Shown in pieces: positions 54,375 to 64,000 of a DNA stretch of 64,000 bases. Under the pieces are notes generated by a model that was given only the letters and a program-made list of their open reading frames with translations, was not told the DNA's origin and did no database searches. The stretch is from Pecten maximus (taxonomy: Eukaryota). The DNA lies in NCBI RefSeq assembly GCF_902652985.1, contig NC_047030.1, forward strand, positions 4,216,001 through 4,280,000. Reading direction: 5' to 3'. A program made the translations under genes and the position numbers. Numbering within the stretch: position 1 is the first letter of the stretch; each line of letters begins with the position of its first letter.

Positions 54375-57300
54375 ATAATGCGATTGTACTACTATTCTAC
54401 AGGCCGATAATGTGATTGTACTACTATTCTACAGGCCGATAATGTGATTGTACTACTATTCTACAGGCCTATAATGTGATTGTACTACTATTCTACAGGC
54501 CTATAATGTGATTGTACTACTATTCTACAGGCCGATAATGTGATTGTACTACTATTCTACAGACCTATAATGTGATTGTACTACTATTCTACAGGTCTAC
54601 AATGTGATTGTACTACTGTTCTACAGGTCTATAATGTGATTGTACTACTATTCTACAGGCCGATAATGTGACTGTACTACTATTCTACAGGCCGATAATG
54701 TGATTGTACAACTATTCTACAGGCCTATAATGTGATTGTACTACTATTCTACAGGTCTATAATGTGATTGTACTACTATTCTACAGGTCTACAATGTGAT
54801 TGTACTACTATTCTACAGGCCTATAATGTGATTGTACTACTATTCTACAGGCCTATAATGTGATTGTACTACTATTCTACAGGCCGATAATGTGATTGTA
54901 CTACTATTCTACAGACCTATAATGTGATTGTACTACTATTCTACAGGCCAATAATGTGATTGTACTACTATTCTACAGGCCGATAATGTGATTGTACTAC
55001 TATTCTACAGGTCTATAATGTGACTGTACTACTATTCTACAGGCCTATAATGTGATTGTACTACTATTCTACAGGCCGATAATGTGATTGTACTACTATT
55101 CTACAGGCCTATAATGTGATTGTACTACTATTCTACAGGCCTATAATGTGATTGTACTACTATTCTACAGGCCGATAATGTGATTGTACTACTATTCTAC
55201 AGGCCTATAATGTGATTGTACTACTATTCTACAGGCCGATAATGTGATTGTACTACTATTCTACAGGTCTATAATGTGACTGTACTACTATTCTACAGGT
55301 CTATAATGTGACTGTACTACTATTCTACAGGCCGATAATGTGATTGTACTACTATTCTACAGGCCGATAATGTGATTGTACTACTATTCTACAGGCCAAT
55401 AATGTGATTGTACTACTATTCTACAGGCCGATAATGTGATTGTACTACTATTCTACAGGTCTATAATGTGACTGTACTACTATTCTACAGGCCGATAATG
55501 TGATTGTACTACTATTCTACAGGCCTATAATGTGATTGTACTACTATTCTACAGGCCTATAATGTGATTGTACTACTATTCTACAGGCCTATAATGTGAT
55601 TGTACTACTATTCTACATGCCGATAATGTGATTGTACTACTATTCTACAGGCCTATAATGTGATTGTACTACTATTCTACAGACCGATAATGTGATTGTA
55701 CTACTATTCTACAGGCCTATAATGTGATTGTACTACTATTCTACAGGCCGATAATGTGATTGTACTACTATTCTACAGGCCTATAATGTGATTGTACTAC
55801 TATTCTACAGGCCTATAATGTGATTGTACTACTATTCTACAGGCCTATAATGTGATTGTACTACTGTTCTACAGGCCGATAATGTGATTGTACTACTATT
55901 CTACAGGCCGATAATGTGATTGTACTACTGTTCTACAGGCCTATAATGTGATTGTACTACTGTTCTACAGGCCGATAATGTGATTGTACTACTATTCTAC
56001 AGGCCTATAATGTGATTGTACTACTATTCTACAGGCCGATAATGTGATTGTACTACTATTCTACAGGCCTATAATGTGATTGTACTACTATTCTACAGGC
56101 CGATAATGTGATTGTACTACTATTCTACAGGCCGATAATGTGATTGTACTACTATTCTACAGGCCGATAATGTGATTGTACTACTATTCTACAGGCCTAT
56201 AATGTGATTGTACTACTATTCTACAGGCCTATAATGTGATTGTACTACTATTCTACAGGCCTATAATGTGATTGTACTACTATTCTACAGGCCGATAATG
56301 TGATTGTACTACTATTCTACAGGCCGATAATGTGATTGTACTACTATTCTACAGGCCGATAATGTGATTGTACTACTATTCTACAGGCCGATAATGTGAT
56401 TGTACTACTATTCTACAGGCCGATAATGTGATTGTACTACTATTCTACAGGCCGATAATGTGATTGTACTACTATTCTACAGGCCGATAATGTGATTGTA
56501 CTACTATTCTACAGGCCTATAATGTGATTGTACTACTATTCTACAGGCCTATAATGTGATTGTACTACTATTCTACAGGCCGATAATGTGATTGTACTAC
56601 TATTCTACAGGCCGATAATGTGATTGTACTACTATTCTACAGGCCGATAATGTGATTGTACTACTATTCTACAGGCCGATAATGTGATTGTACTACTATT
56701 CTACAGGCCGATAATGTGATTGTACTACTATTCTACAGGCCGATAATGTGATTGTACTACTATTCTACAGGCCGATAATGTGATTGTACTACTATTCTAC
56801 AGGCCGATAATGTGATTGTACTACTATTCTACAGGCCTATAATGTGATTGTACTACTATTCTACAGGCCTATAATGTGATTGTACTACTATTCTACAGGC
56901 CGATAATGTGATTGTACTACTATTCTACAGGCCGATAATGTGATTGTACTACTATTCTACAGGCCGATAATGTGATTGTACTACTATTCTACAGGCCTAT
57001 AATGTGATTGTACTACTATTCTACAGGCCTATAATGTGATTGTACTACTATTCTACAGGCCGATAATGTGATTGTACTACTATTCTACAGGCCGATAATG
57101 TGATTGTACTACTATTCTACAGGCCGATAATGTGATTGTACTACTATTCTACAGGCCGATAATGTGATTGTACTACTATTCTACAGGCCTATAATGTGAT
57201 TGTACTACTATTCTACAGGCCGATAATGTGATTGTACTACTATTCTACAGGCCTATAATGTGATTGTACTACTATTCTACAGGCCGATAATGTGATTGTA

Positions 57301-57791
57301 CTACTATTCTACAGGCCGATAATGTGATTGTACTACTATTCTACAGGCCTATAATGTGATTGTACTACTATTCTACAGGCCGATAATGTGATTGTACTAC
57401 TATTCTACAGGCCGATAATGTGATTGTACTACTATTCTACAGGCCGATAATGTGATTGTACTACTATTCTACAGGCCGATAATGTGATTGTACTACTATT
57501 CTACAGGCCGATAATGTGATTGTACTACTATTCTACAGGCCGATAATGTGATTGTACTACTATTCTACAGGCCGATAATGTGATTGTACTACTATTCTAC
57601 AGGCCTATAATGTGATTGTACTACTATTCTACAGGCCTATAATGTGATTGTACTACTATTCTACAGGCCGATAATGTGATTGTACAACTATTCTACAGGC
57701 CTATAATGTGATTGTACTACTATTCTACAGGCCGATAATGTGATTGTACTACTATTCTACAGGCCGATAATGTGATTGTACTACTATTCTA
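54375..57791. repeat. 32-bp satellite/VNTR, ~107 copies, highly homogeneous
   Basis: ATAATGTGATTGTACTACTATTCTACAGGCC(G/T); exact 32-bp period throughout, no spacers. Confidence 0.98.
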
Positions 57792-59810
57792 AACCAATTC
57801 AATACATTTTATGAACAAATTAAAATTAAACCTTGACGAATGTATGCAATAAAATTATTCAGAACACAGACAATTAATGAAGGTATGTACATATGACTGA
57901 CCCACATGACAATCGTCCTTACCTGTTTGTCTTCGACAACGATCACCAGAAATGTGTCAAAGATGTCTATCACGAAAAATTCACTACCTGATCACGTGAT
58001 AAAGATTATGAAAGTTCAAATGGCCATCGTTCCAAATAGAAATGTTTACATTCGTCGGTTGTATATTTGTCCTATAATGTCTATCGGGGTGACTTAGAGC
58101 AAGTTATCTCTGGGAATACCTCTGTTACGAGTTAGCTAGATCGCTGTTCACTTATATAACACGGTGTCCCGTGGACAGGTCTGTGTCTGTACATTTAATA
58201 CCAATTACATAATCGTAAAATGGTCAGTACGGATGCTCAATTAGTTGGAATAATTCAAAACTGGACAAACGTCAAAGGGGGAAATGTAGCAAGAAGTCGA
58301 TATATGCCGTTTTAATTAAAGGTACTTGGTATATATTACCATAATAAATATCCGACCATTATAATCCGACGCCCTAGGAACTCTCGCCTGCACTTTCTGA
58401 AGAAAACAAGAGACTAGTCTAATCTGATATGCACGTGTCGGCATTGAAGAAAACGTATGCCTTGCCTCCAAAACCAGCGACTGGGTTTTATGAGGTCATC
58501 AATATTTGGTTGCTGAAATTATTATGTCATATTTTATGAAGTCATGCAAATGGATATACACTTTGTAGAAAATTTCTTCAGGATTTTAAACTTTTATTAT
58601 ACAGTATATGTTACAGGGATAGTAAATATGATATAAACGATAAAAATGTTAAAATGGCATCAACACGAAATAATCGTGATATTTTCTTGTTCAGAATTGA
58701 TTGATATTTTCTGCAAAAAATACATTAAAAACTAGCAAAACCACACGAATTTGTCCAATTTTGCCATAGTCACATACAGCAATTATCAATAAGGAAATTA
58801 AATTCCCGAGTACTAAGTAAACACCATTTAAACATTTTAAAAACTGAAAAAAAAAATCCATCTATAAAGTTCAGATAAATGAATTTTTTCATCAGGATAT
58901 TTTAATTTGATATTAAGTATCTAATTTATAATTCTTGTTACTCTTCAATTTGGAGGTAAAAGACAATCAGAGTTATGTCTTCTGTGTTGAGGTCTGTGTA
59001 GATAAGGTGGTGGTAGTGTTAATGACGCCTTATCTCCACAGGGCTACTGGTTCACGAAGACAACAGGTACAGAACTCTTACAGGACGAAATAAGTACTAG
59101 TAATTACAGAGGTATTATTTAATCTTGTTTGTACGGGGCTCATCAATTTCCATTATTGATAAAAAGATTACATTTGTCTCTTAGCGTATATAGCGTATAA
59201 CCCATGGTAGTTTTAGAAGGATAGCCATGCAGGGGAGAATAATAATGAATTTGTTGTACCGCAGTTGTCCCATTCTTCGCATGCATTTTCAAGTAGAAGT
59301 CGTATATAAGTAATATACATTTTTTCTAGTGAATTTCTGTTTAAAACAAGTTTTGTTTTACGAAGGGTAGCTATATATTTAGCTGCTTTATTAACTATAT
59401 ATTCCTCTTGAATGTTCCATTTACAATCATTGGTAAGTGTTTATGCTGGCTAGTGACATGGATGGGGGCAATGTCATATGTGAAACACGGAACAAATGGA
59501 AGTTTTCTATTTGAGATAACTAGGACCTCAGTTTTGGTAGGGTTAAAGGACACCAGTCATTTATTGGACCAAACATCAAGTTTTCTTAGATCACTTCTTG
59601 CTTCAGCTTCATTAATATTCAATATTTATTCTGATATTTAATTACCTTACCCAATGTAGGGCTGGGGCAGATAAAACATGTTTAAGTTCAGATTGAGTGT
59701 TAGTTCATGAACATCACTAACCACATAAAACAAACATCGGTATGTACAGAATCTTCGTCTCTCTATAATGAAAATCCACACAAAATTATGTTTTGACCTT
59801 TGCAGAAAAA

Positions 59811-63966
<4,156 letters not shown>

Positions 63967-64000
63967 GTAAGTTTACTAATTACGACTACATATGCGCACC

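Noticed and set aside
54375-57791. CRISPR array (32-bp repeats)
   Set aside because: Repeats are directly head-to-tail with no unique spacers, there are no cas genes, and the context is eukaryotic

Overview
Eukaryotic, AT-rich, intron-rich genomic DNA, most likely from a bivalve mollusc (inferred from the SINE and Helentron-type repeats and the CBM+GH9 cellulase architecture). Left to right: (1) the 5' part of MTOR on the minus strand (11 coding exons traced, ATG 7247, gene runs off the left edge); (2) head-to-head with it, an intronless UBIAD1 CDS, the same divergent pairing as in human; (3) TRAIP with two coding exons; (4) a single-coding-exon brainiac-like GT31 glycosyltransferase on the minus strand; (5) a complete 10-exon secreted GH9 endoglucanase with a CBM2-like N-terminal module (minus strand, 574 aa); (6) a second, divergently oriented GH9 paralogue running off the right edge. 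About half of the ~6.75 kb between the two cellulase ATGs is a ~107-copy 32-bp satellite. Introns and intergenic DNA carry a decayed Bel/Pao LTR element, a 5'-truncated LINE, V- and CORE-type SINEs, Helentron-associated elements, several MITEs and many minisatellites. Most short ORFs in the supplied track are repeat or antisense artefacts. Exon boundaries were read by eye from GT/AG signals and frame continuity; no database searches were run. I found no wholly new biological system. The best leads are the MTOR-UBIAD1 microsynteny and the divergent cellulase pair with its satellite, intron difference and possible gene-conversion tract.
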